Sequence record: NC_042116.1
DNA: 64,000 nucleotides
Direction: 5' to 3' (one strand)
The position numbers and the translations under genes were made by a program. The notes under the pieces are model-generated. The model saw only the letters and a list, made by a program, of their open reading frames with translations, did no database searches and had not been told where the DNA came from. This document shows positions 1 through 8,587 of this stretch, in pieces. Positions within the stretch are counted from its first letter, which is position 1, and every line of letters begins with the position of its first letter.

Positions 1-756
1 ATTGTAACTCGTGACCTATCACGCGATATCCCTTCTTATGAAGATTGTAGATATCCATCACATTTAATTAGTTGGCTACATTTAAATAATTTATTAGTAC
101 TGTTAAGTAGCTACCCAATTGATGATGATGAACGTTATTTTATTGAAATTTTTAAAATTACTGATTTGGGTAGTACTATTACATGGTTTACTGAATTACT
201 TGAACAATACAATAAAGGAATGGATGGGGAACACGAATTTAGATATACAGGAAAATTATTGTATACTATATTACATAACTTCAATGAACTAGAAGTAGAC
301 CCTGTTATTCAATTAATAACTGATGAAGAAAAAGAAGCATATCAACATTTTTACCGTACCCAAGTTTGGGATTCGACCGTTAAAGAAACAAAGACTTATA
401 CACGTGAAGAAGCATTACAAACAATTGAATTTAATAAAGGTTTACTTTCTATGTTTGAAATGTCAGTACTTTTAGGTGCACGTGGTACAGATCCTACCCG
501 TACAAATAATTATGTTTTCAAAAAATGTATGGAAGAATTGGGTGAAATGGCAGTAGAAGATCAAATTGAAAATGGTCTTTCATATAAAGATGCTGGCAGT
601 GATGGTGTTGCTGGTGAAGCTGTAGATCTTGCAATTTGTGCAATGGATATGTTTGCCTTGCAGTATGGACATTTAAATCCAGAAGAAATTCAAGAGAAGT
701 TTATCATTTATATGAATAAAAAATTAAACAAATGGAAAAATACTTTAGGAAAATAA
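1..756 (+). CDS. 5'-truncated protein with C-terminal MazG-like NTP pyrophosphohydrolase domain
   Basis: Frame is open from base 1 (IVTRDLSR...), so the true start lies upstream of the window. The C-terminus has KCMEELGEMA...GEAVDLAICAMD, the acidic helical MazG pattern. Confidence 0.6.
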   Translation: MVTRDLSRDIPSYEDCRYPSHLISWLHLNNLLVLLSSYPIDDDERYFIEIFKITDLGSTITWFTELLEQYNKGMDGEHEFRYTGKLLYTILHNFNELEVDPVIQLITDEEKEAYQHFYRTQVWDSTVKETKTYTREEALQTIEFNKGLLSMFEMSVLLGARGTDPTRTNNYVFKKCMEELGEMAVEDQIENGLSYKDAGSDGVAGEAVDLAICAMDMFALQYGHLNPEEIQEKFIIYMNKKLNKWKNTLGK

Positions 757-757
757 T

Positions 758-1033
758 ATGACGGATCATACAACAACAAAAGCATTAACTGATGTTTTAG
801 CAGAAATGAATTCCCAAGATGAAAAATGGGGGGCTGACAGAAATCAACATCCATTTTTATGGCACGTAATTCTAAGTGAAGAAGTAGGGGAAGTTGCTCA
901 AGCGATTTTACATGATGAATTTGGTGGTGACCATGCTGGTACTGCACGAGAAGAACTTGTTCAAGTCGCTGCTGTGGCCTTGCAAATCATTGAACAGTAT
1001 GATAGACTACAAAAAGAAAATGAGGAAAAATAA
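758..1033 (+). CDS. MazG-like nucleotide pyrophosphohydrolase
   Basis: LSEEVGEVAQA and REELVQVAAVA motifs, 91 aa. Confidence 0.75.
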   Translation: MTDHTTTKALTDVLAEMNSQDEKWGADRNQHPFLWHVILSEEVGEVAQAILHDEFGGDHAGTAREELVQVAAVALQIIEQYDRLQKENEEK

Positions 1034-1302
1034 TGATAATTCGTCCAGTACATAATCATATAATTGCAAAAAAACATATAAATGAACCTAAAAGTGCTGG
1101 CGGGATTTTATTAACTGCAAGTGGTGAAGATGAATCAACCCATGCTGAAGTGTTAGCAATTGGTTCTGCATTTAAAGGTAATGTAAAAGTTGGTGATATT
1201 ATCACATATAGTGATGATAAACGTGTTCATACTGAAAAAATTGAGAATGAATATCTATTAATTATGCCAGAAGATTGTGTACTGGCAGTTATTGAAAAAT
1301 AA
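1033..1302 (+). CDS. groES: GroES/Cpn10-like co-chaperonin
   Basis: IRPVHNHII...KSAGGILL mobile loop...EVLAIG...VKVGDII...LLIMPEDCVLAVIE. Confidence 0.9.
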   Translation: MIIRPVHNHIIAKKHINEPKSAGGILLTASGEDESTHAEVLAIGSAFKGNVKVGDIITYSDDKRVHTEKIENEYLLIMPEDCVLAVIEK

Positions 1303-1311
1303 GGTTATACA

Positions 1312-2577
1312 ATGCATCCAGTACTAGTAGAATTACAAAATCGTGGTCTAATTAATCAAAGTACTGATATTTCAGTACTATCTTCTTTACTTGACAATGG
1401 CTCATCAGTGTATTGTGGATTCGACCCAACTGCTGATTCATTGCATATTGGCAGTCTATTACCACTAATGACTATGAAAGTACTAAAAGAATATGGTGTT
1501 AATGTTATTGCACTAGTTGGTGGAGCAACAGGTCGTATTGGCGATCCAAGTTTTAAAGCTCAAGAAAGAAAATTGCTTGATGAAGCTATGGTAGAACATA
1601 ATATTGCAGGTATTACAACACTAATTCGAAGTTTTCTTGGTTCTGATACAGTTATTGTTAATAATTTTGATTGGACTAAAGATCTTTCAGTACTTGACTT
1701 TTTACGTATCTATGGTAAATGTTTTTCTGTTAATACTATGATTTCAAAAGAATCAGTTCGTTCTCGTATCGAACGACCAGATCAAGGTATTTCTTTTACC
1801 GAATTTACTTATCCAATTTTACAAGGTATGGATTTTGAACATCTATATAATGGTGGATGTGCCATTCAGATTGGTGGGTCAGATCAGTGGGGTAATATGA
1901 TTGCCGGAACAGATCTTATTCACAAAATGCATGGAAATGACAAGCAATGTGGTGTTATAACACTTCCATTATTACTAAAATCTGATGGTACTAAATTTGG
2001 AAAATCTGAAACTGGTACGGTATGGCTAAGTCCTGATAAAACTTCAGCATATCATATGTACCAATTTTGGGTTAATATTAGTGATGATGAAATGTACACA
2101 ATGTATCAGTACTTTAAACCTATGTCATTGACATTAGATGAATTTAAACATGAAATGAGTATTAATGCAGTTGCTATGAAAAAAGAGTTTGCATATTTGA
2201 TGACTTCGTTGATTCATGGTGTTGATAAAGCTGATCAAGCCCATAATATTAGTCAATTTATCTTTGGTGAAAAGGTAGTACTTGATAATGATACTATTGT
2301 TATGATGCAGCAATCTGGAATGGGTCATCGCAGTATAATTACTGATTCTAATAATTTGGTATCTACTTTGGTTGAACTTGGTTTAGCTAAATCAAAAAAA
2401 ATGGCACGTGAATTCATTACTAATGGTGCAGCCAAAGTAAATGGTCGTAAAATTAACGAATTTTTCAATCCAGCAACTAATGAATTTATCGAAGATGTTG
2501 ATATGTTTGATATGAAATACTATGTTATACAATGCGGTAAAACCAATTTCTTTGTTGTAGAAAATAGGAGGATTTAA
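1312..2577 (+). CDS. tyrS: tyrosyl-tRNA synthetase
   Basis: YCGFDPTADSLHIGS (HIGH-like), QIGGSDQWGN, KFGKS (KMSKS-like), C-terminal S4-like domain. Confidence 0.97.
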   Translation: MHPVLVELQNRGLINQSTDISVLSSLLDNGSSVYCGFDPTADSLHIGSLLPLMTMKVLKEYGVNVIALVGGATGRIGDPSFKAQERKLLDEAMVEHNIAGITTLIRSFLGSDTVIVNNFDWTKDLSVLDFLRIYGKCFSVNTMISKESVRSRIERPDQGISFTEFTYPILQGMDFEHLYNGGCAIQIGGSDQWGNMIAGTDLIHKMHGNDKQCGVITLPLLLKSDGTKFGKSETGTVWLSPDKTSAYHMYQFWVNISDDEMYTMYQYFKPMSLTLDEFKHEMSINAVAMKKEFAYLMTSLIHGVDKADQAHNISQFIFGEKVVLDNDTIVMMQQSGMGHRSIITDSNNLVSTLVELGLAKSKKMAREFITNGAAKVNGRKINEFFNPATNEFIEDVDMFDMKYYVIQCGKTNFFVVENRRI

Positions 2578-2579
2578 TT

Positions 2580-2804
2580 ATGTCACAAACATATACAGCA
2601 GTTTTATATCGTCCTAATCATTCAGACTATTGTCGTGGTTGTTTAATGGGACAAACTGATTCTGATTTAAAAATTTTCACAGGTTCATCACAGCAAGATA
2701 TTATTGATAAAATTATTCCAGTACTTGTTTAATCCAAGTTAGATTCTGAAAAAAATTTAGAACTTGCTGAATATGAACGTTTGAAATCAAAATTTGGTGA
2801 ATAA
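2580..2804 (+). pseudogene. small ORF interrupted by an in-frame TAA (50 aa + stop + 23 aa)
   Basis: ATG at 2580, TAA at 2730-2732. The same frame continues SKLDSEKNLELAEYERLKSKFGE to TAA 2802-2804, abutting the next ATG at 2805. Confidence 0.4.
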
Positions 2805-3053
2805 ATGAAAATAGTTTTTGTAATAATGGCAGTCCTTATGCTATCATCATGCCGAGTTGACACCAACGATAAAAATATCCCTGTATTTTCAGGGATTATT
2901 AAACAAGACCCACGTATTATCACTGCTGATTTAACAATGGAAAACAATAATTATCATTGTTTTAGTTTTGATGCAGAAAAAGACAATTTAATTTTTATGT
3001 GTAAGAAGGTTAATAATGAAGAAAATTCTTCTAGCGTTACTAGTACTAACTAG
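2805..3053 (+). CDS. putative lipoprotein
   Basis: MKIVFVIMAVLMLSSC lipobox-type signal peptide. Confidence 0.6.
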   Translation: MKIVFVIMAVLMLSSCRVDTNDKNIPVFSGIIKQDPRIITADLTMENNNYHCFSFDAEKDNLIFMCKKVNNEENSSSVTSTN

Positions 3054-3204
3054 TACTGCCTGTACTAGCTTAGATAATGGTTCATATGAACAATATCGAC
3101 CATTTAGTGATAAAGCTGGTTATAATTGTGCAGTTGAAAGTTCAGACATATATCTCATTAATGGTGTACCATCTTTGAAATATATTTGTAATAAGGTAAA
3201 ATAA
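3016..3204 (+). CDS. putative lipoprotein
   Basis: MKKILLALLVLTSTAC lipobox-type signal peptide. Confidence 0.6.
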   Translation: MKKILLALLVLTSTACTSLDNGSYEQYRPFSDKAGYNCAVESSDIYLINGVPSLKYICNKVK

Positions 3205-3734
3205 TGAAAATAACACGTTCATGGGCGATGCCAAATAAGAATACTTTTTTGATCAAGCCTATAAGGGATTTTATTGAACGCGAACTATCGAAAGTAGAGT
3301 TGATTGAAGATGCAGTATTTGTTGATGCTTTTGCTAATAACAGCATATTCAATCCACGAATGACATATACAAATGATTTAGACCCTGATATGCCAACAAC
3401 TCATCATATGGATGCATTGGAATTTCTTAAATCATTAGAATCTGAATCTGTAGATTTTCTACTATTTGACCCACCATATAGTCCAAGACAAGTTTCTGAA
3501 TGTTATAAAAGTTTAGAAATGACTGTTAACATGCAAACTACTCAATCAAGTTTTTGGGGCAATCTAAAGAAAGAGATTGCCAGAGTTATGAAAACTGGTG
3601 GAGTAGTAATGACATTTGGATGGAATAGTGGTGGTATTGGAAAATCGAATGGATTTGAAATAGATGAGATTTTATTTGTAGCACATGGAGGTTGGCATAC
3701 TGACACTTTTTGTGTCAAAGATATAAAAAAATAA
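3204..3734 (+). CDS. putative adenine DNA methyltransferase-like protein (compact phage family)
   Basis: FVDAFAN SAM-binding-like strand and LLFDPPYSPRQ catalytic DPPY motif. Confidence 0.65.
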   Translation: MKITRSWAMPNKNTFLIKPIRDFIERELSKVELIEDAVFVDAFANNSIFNPRMTYTNDLDPDMPTTHHMDALEFLKSLESESVDFLLFDPPYSPRQVSECYKSLEMTVNMQTTQSSFWGNLKKEIARVMKTGGVVMTFGWNSGGIGKSNGFEIDEILFVAHGGWHTDTFCVKDIKK

Positions 3735-3772
3735 TATAAATATCCCTATAGAAGAAAAATATAGGGATATTT
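3735..3772 (+). promoter_or_regulatory. late promoter TATAAATA overlapping a 13-bp RBS-sequestering hairpin
   Basis: TATAAATA 3735-3742. AAATATCCCTATA (3738-3750) pairs with TATAGGGATATTT (3760-3772), which holds the AGGGA RBS of the 3776 gene. Confidence 0.7.
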
Positions 3773-3775
3773 AAG

Positions 3776-4708
3776 ATGAATACTGATGAATATATTAAAG
3801 AAGTTAAATTAGTACATGGTGACAAATATGATTATTCAAAAACCATTTATAATGGTTCAAAAAAGAAATTATCTATAATTTGTCCAGTACATGGAGAGTT
3901 TTTGCAAACTGCATATCATCATAAAACTGGAAGTAATTGTCCCAAATGTGCAACTGAGAACACTCATAAAAAACAACGAATATCTATTGCTAAATTTTTA
4001 GAAGATGCAAATAAAAAGCACGATAATAAATTTGAATATAATATAGAAGTACTGAATAATATAAATGATAAAATAAAAATAATTTGTCCAGTACATGGAG
4101 AATTTGAACAAATTGCTAGAAATCATCTAAGAGGATTTGGCTGCTCAAATTGTAGCTTTAAAAAACAATTAAGCACTCAAGAATTTATAGATGATTCTAA
4201 TATAATACATAATTATTTTTATGATTATAGTAATGTAGTATATAAAAATAATAAAATAAAAATTAATATTATTTGTCCTATACATGGAGAATTTAGTCAA
4301 AAACCAAATTCACATAAAAATGGTCACGGATGTCCACAGTGTAATACAAATGAATCAAAAAAATTAGAAATAATTGACAATTTTTTTATTAATTTTAAAG
4401 TTTCTAAAGAAAAAAAATTTGAAGAATGTAAAAATGTACTACCGTTACCATTTGATAGATATATTAAAAAACTTAAATTATTAATTGAGTATGATGGTGA
4501 ACAACATTTCCATCCAATATCTATATGGGGTGGAGAAGAAGCATTTTTAAAAACTCAACAACGTGATTTAATCAAAACAAATTTTGCAATTAATAATGGT
4601 TTTAATTTTATTAGAATTAAGTACAATGAAAATATTTTAGATAAATTGAAAGAATTTATGAAAAAATATAATGACAATCCAAATGAACAAATTATAATGA
4701 TATATTAA
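3776..4708 (+). mobile_element. free-standing homing-endonuclease-like gene: three CPxHGEF zinc-binding repeats + C-terminal PD-(D/E)xK/DUF559-like nuclease
   Basis: Three ~50-aa repeats (ICPVHGEF...CPKC type); C-terminal LPFDRY...LIEYDGEQHF...RDLIK. Confidence 0.75.
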
Positions 4709-4714
4709 GAATTG

Positions 4715-4830
4715 AGAAATACAAAGCCGTGCCTCTGGCAAAATCCAGTATAAGTCCGTTTACGCTTTATCGCAAGTACTGAGAGAATATTCCTACTCGA
4801 TAATACCAACTCTTAGGGCGTTGTATTTCT
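4715..4830 (+). ncRNA. candidate ~115-nt structured RNA
   Basis: Closing stem AGAAATACAAAGCC/GGCGTTGTATTTCT (13 of 14 pairs). Inner stems CTGG/CCAG and CTGAGAG/CTCTTAG. No ORF; GC above surroundings. Strand assumed from neighbours. Confidence 0.45.
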
Positions 4831-4857
4831 TTTAAGTTAACTAAAAAGAGACAAAAA

Positions 4858-5490
4858 ATGAATATATGTGAAAAGTACTATTGGATTACAGAACATCCAA
4901 AAATTGTGGAATTTGCTGACTCAGCAATGATAGAAGTTACGCCACACATGGTTTGTCCAGAAACAAATCAAATTGAAACATTGGAAATTTTGAATACCAA
5001 ATTACAATTTTGGGTAGAATTCATGATTCCACATTTTGATGAACAATTCAAAGTATACGGTCATGCACATGATTGGGAACTTGATTGTGGTGGGGATACA
5101 TGGGAAGAAGCAATTGATAACTTATATCAAAAAGTACTAGAAAAGTACGGTAATTATACCCAAGAGGATTTAGATAAACAACGAGATGAAGCCATGAAAG
5201 ATTTCGATTTCGATAAATGGTTTGATGAAGCAACAGTTATGAATCAAACGGAACACCGAGTTATGTTAGAACAATACGAAATTGATGAATTCAACCGTGA
5301 TATCGAACATATAGAACTATTATTACCAGTACTATCAAATTTGTTAAAAGATCCAAATCTAACAATGCAACAGTATTCAGATGTTGAATTAGCAATTATA
5401 TGTGCAGGTCATGATTTGTATGTTGCCAAGAAATCGGTAGAATTTGGTTATAATGTTGAAGTATATGGTATAACGGATGAAAATATCTAA
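4858..5490 (+). CDS. hypothetical protein
   Basis: 210-aa ORF with AAGAG RBS; no motif recognised. Confidence 0.7.
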   Translation: MNICEKYYWITEHPKIVEFADSAMIEVTPHMVCPETNQIETLEILNTKLQFWVEFMIPHFDEQFKVYGHAHDWELDCGGDTWEEAIDNLYQKVLEKYGNYTQEDLDKQRDEAMKDFDFDKWFDEATVMNQTEHRVMLEQYEIDEFNRDIEHIELLLPVLSNLLKDPNLTMQQYSDVELAIICAGHDLYVAKKSVEFGYNVEVYGITDENI

Positions 5491-5845
5491 ATTGGTTGGT
5501 ATATTGAATGATATGCCACGTAAAAATAAATCCAGTGTTTCACGTAAGCATTACACAATTATTGCGTGTGCACTAGATAAAAGAGGACGAGTACTGGCAA
5601 TGCGAACTAATGATTATAATTGTTCACATCCATTACAAAAGTACTATGCAGAGAAAGTTGGAAGACCTGAAGCCATTTTTCTACATGCAGAAGTAGCAAC
5701 ACTTATAGCAGCCCGTAAAGAAGTTTATAAATTGCTTATTGCAAGGGTCGATATGCAAGGTAATCCATTACCTGCTAAGCCATGTTCGATATGTGAAAAA
5801 GCAATTGCAGCATTTGGAGTAAAAGAAATTGAATATACCCAATGA
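5477..5845 (+). CDS. cytidine/dCMP deaminase-fold protein
   Basis: HAE and PCSIC zinc-binding motifs. Confidence 0.75.
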   Translation: MKISKLVGILNDMPRKNKSSVSRKHYTIIACALDKRGRVLAMRTNDYNCSHPLQKYYAEKVGRPEAIFLHAEVATLIAARKEVYKLLIARVDMQGNPLPAKPCSICEKAIAAFGVKEIEYTQ

Positions 5846-6155
5846 AAATTATTTAGGTTCAATCATACATTTATATAATGGATTAAATTTTAAAGTTAAA
5901 TTTTCTCTAAGTACTGAAGAGTATCAATATCTTCGTAAAAAATATAATGTTAAAAAGATAGTTCCTAGAAATCAAAGAATATGTTGGAAATGTGATAAAT
6001 CAACTGTTAGTAAAAATATTAAAAGTACAAATTTGTGTGATGACTGTTATAAAAACAGTGCGAATCAATATTATTATAACTATCATCGTTTAGTATCGAT
6101 TGATTCAGTTCCAATGATTTATAAGATATATACAGGTAAAATTTATGACAATTAA
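5829..6155 (+). CDS. hypothetical zinc-ribbon protein
   Basis: CWKC...CDDC; TTG start preceded by GGAG. Confidence 0.55.
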   Translation: MNIPNENYLGSIIHLYNGLNFKVKFSLSTEEYQYLRKKYNVKKIVPRNQRICWKCDKSTVSKNIKSTNLCDDCYKNSANQYYYNYHRLVSIDSVPMIYKIYTGKIYDN

Positions 6156-6777
6156 TTATAATAAAATTGAAGAAATAATTATAAGATATCCACATGAAAC
6201 TGTTGAATTTATATCAAATCATCTAAAAGTGGATAATAAATTTGTAAGACGGATTGCTAAAAAATTCAATTTAAAACGGGAGCCATTGAAATTGAGAAAT
6301 CCTAGTATAGAATTTTTATCTAATTACTATAACATTAATATTTCAATTTTAAAAGATATTGAGAAGTCTTCAGTATATCGCAAACCATTTCCACCAACTA
6401 TAATTAATACGTTACGAGAAGTTCTAATTAGAAAATTTGGAAAACCAATGTCAACAAAACATTGGGATACTATTTCATCAATTGGAATTGAAAATATAAG
6501 ACATGTGATAATTTATTATCCTGAATTTACCAATTCTGCACTTGCAAAAGATGTTAATTGTGATAAATCAACTATTACACTAATTGGTAATTTGTACAGT
6601 TTAGAAAAAAATGATAGAGAAAGTATGTTTTGTGATAAATGTAGAATCAATCATTTACCACCTAAAACATATAAATCTGGAAATCTATGTAAAAAATGTT
6701 GGACTACTCGTATGTCTGAGTATCAATACATATATTATCCTACCACCCAAATAAAAAAATCAAAAGGTAATAAATGA
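6145..6777 (+). CDS. hypothetical protein with two HTH-like repeats and C-terminal zinc ribbon
   Basis: YPHETVEFISNHLKVD / YPEFTNSALAKDVNCD repeats; CDKC...CKKC. Confidence 0.6.
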   Translation: MTINYNKIEEIIIRYPHETVEFISNHLKVDNKFVRRIAKKFNLKREPLKLRNPSIEFLSNYYNINISILKDIEKSSVYRKPFPPTIINTLREVLIRKFGKPMSTKHWDTISSIGIENIRHVIIYYPEFTNSALAKDVNCDKSTITLIGNLYSLEKNDRESMFCDKCRINHLPPKTYKSGNLCKKCWTTRMSEYQYIYYPTTQIKKSKGNK

Positions 6778-7328
6778 AAAATACAATTATTATTAACTTA
6801 GTAGGTGGTCCTTGCTGTGGTAAAACTACAACCGCTGCTGGATTATTTGCTAAAATGAAATTACATACTAAGCAACAAGTAGAAATTGTAACAGAAGTCA
6901 TTAAAGATTATGTATATGATGAAAACAAAATGGCAATGCAGGATCAAGTACTAATTACTGCTAATCAAAATCACCGCCTATTCCGTTTACAAGGAAAGGT
7001 GGATTTTGTTGTTTCTGATGCTTCTCTTTTGAATGGGATCGTGTATAATGAATTTTATAATGATCAAGAAAATATCAGTTCTATTGTGTCAATTCAGTTA
7101 TATGAACAATACCAAAATATTGTCTTTTTATTGCCACGTAAACCAGAATATGATCAATATGGACGTACACAATCTCTTGAAGAAGCTAAAGTAATTGACC
7201 AACTTTTCGTTGAAAATTTGGATAACCTAAATGTTCCATATATTGATATGAGACAGTATACTCATGAAGAGATGCCAACTCGTATTTTAGAAATACTTAG
7301 CAAACAATATGGATTTAATACATATTAA
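6774..7328 (+). CDS. P-loop nucleotide kinase/ATPase (NadR/AAA_28-like)
   Basis: GGPCCGKTT Walker A; VVSDASLL; YDQYGRTQSLEEAKVID. Confidence 0.75.
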   Translation: MKNTIIINLVGGPCCGKTTTAAGLFAKMKLHTKQQVEIVTEVIKDYVYDENKMAMQDQVLITANQNHRLFRLQGKVDFVVSDASLLNGIVYNEFYNDQENISSIVSIQLYEQYQNIVFLLPRKPEYDQYGRTQSLEEAKVIDQLFVENLDNLNVPYIDMRQYTHEEMPTRILEILSKQYGFNTY

Positions 7329-7339
7329 GGGTATAATAT

Positions 7340-8476
7340 ATGTCAGTAACTATTGAAAAAGAATTTTATATTCCTGAAACTTTTGATATTGTACGTAGAT
7401 TTCAAACAGAATATGACAATAATACTAATGAATACACAGAGTTGAATGAATTAACCGATGAATATTTTACACATTATGTAAATCAAAAAGGTTCTTATGT
7501 TTATTATTTGAATGAACAAACTATTGCAAAAACTGACACATATCAAAATCTACCTATTTCTGGATTAACTATAGATCGGAATACCTATTCAGAAGCTGAT
7601 TATCGTTCATTTGTTGATGGTATTATTATAAAAGATCCACGTGGATTTGAATTTAAAATAAGCATTCGTAATTTTTTATATCTATGTCGTCATCATAATA
7701 TTGAATGTGGTGAAATTAAAGCAGAATGTGTTTTATCATGGTCGGTAAGTGGATACTTAACACTTTTGAGTACTAGTTCTGAATCATATAAAAGTGCAGT
7801 TGTTTATACAAATAAACAATCTATTGTCTTCGATCCTGAAACATTAGAAATTGGTAAAACATATTTCACAAAGAAAAGTACTGATGAATTGGTGTATATT
7901 GGAAAGCATAAGATTAATTCAAAACATGATAATGATGAATTTCCATTTAATTTAAAACCTTCTAAATTAATTAGACCGGTATTTTATAATAAGAAAACAG
8001 ATGAATTTATTACTTTAATTATTTCCAAAAACATTGCAGGAGAAGTTAATTCTGAAATACACGATGTATTTGATCTTATTAATGAATTCAAAAATTCAGT
8101 TCAAGGACGTACCATAACATCCATAACATTTTCTGATTTTACCAAACAACATATTACTGAAAATAAAGATGGTCATTGGAGCGGGAAGGTATTTGTTCAT
8201 AAAGGAAATAATGAATATATCATGATAAATTATTGGACAAATACATGGAGGAAGAATATAAACTTACATGGTAAAATTATATCAAATGCAAGTATTATGT
8301 ATCTTATCGATGGTACATTGGTGAATCCTGAAAACTACTGTGACCGTTGTGCAAGGTTTGATACGGAAATTGAACATGATAAATGGATTGAATTATTGAT
8401 TTCAAAGTCTGCAAAAGTAGCTCATGCTAATTTTGAAGATGAATTAAGTACTTCATTAACATTGTCCAAACGTTAA
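7340..8476 (+). CDS. hypothetical protein
   Basis: 378-aa ORF with AAGGG RBS. Confidence 0.75.
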   Translation: MSVTIEKEFYIPETFDIVRRFQTEYDNNTNEYTELNELTDEYFTHYVNQKGSYVYYLNEQTIAKTDTYQNLPISGLTIDRNTYSEADYRSFVDGIIIKDPRGFEFKISIRNFLYLCRHHNIECGEIKAECVLSWSVSGYLTLLSTSSESYKSAVVYTNKQSIVFDPETLEIGKTYFTKKSTDELVYIGKHKINSKHDNDEFPFNLKPSKLIRPVFYNKKTDEFITLIISKNIAGEVNSEIHDVFDLINEFKNSVQGRTITSITFSDFTKQHITENKDGHWSGKVFVHKGNNEYIMINYWTNTWRKNINLHGKIISNASIMYLIDGTLVNPENYCDRCARFDTEIEHDKWIELLISKSAKVAHANFEDELSTSLTLSKR

Positions 8477-8510
8477 CCAATTACTCACAAACTTGATCTA
8501 GATCAACGAT

Positions 8511-8533
8511 TTAACCCCTTTATATGGGGTTGA
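8511..8533 (+). terminator. hairpin, possible terminator
   Basis: AACCCC-TTTATAT-GGGGTT stem between genes; weak U-tract. Confidence 0.45.
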
Positions 8534-8587
8534 ATCTATTTTAAGTACGTAAATAATTCACCTTAAACAAGACATGGAGAGTCAAAG

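Noticed and set aside
3776-4708. Endonuclease genes (also 33758-34795) as intron-encoded ORFs
   Set aside because: The flanking genes are complete on each side, no group I core was found, and each has its own late promoter, so they are free-standing.
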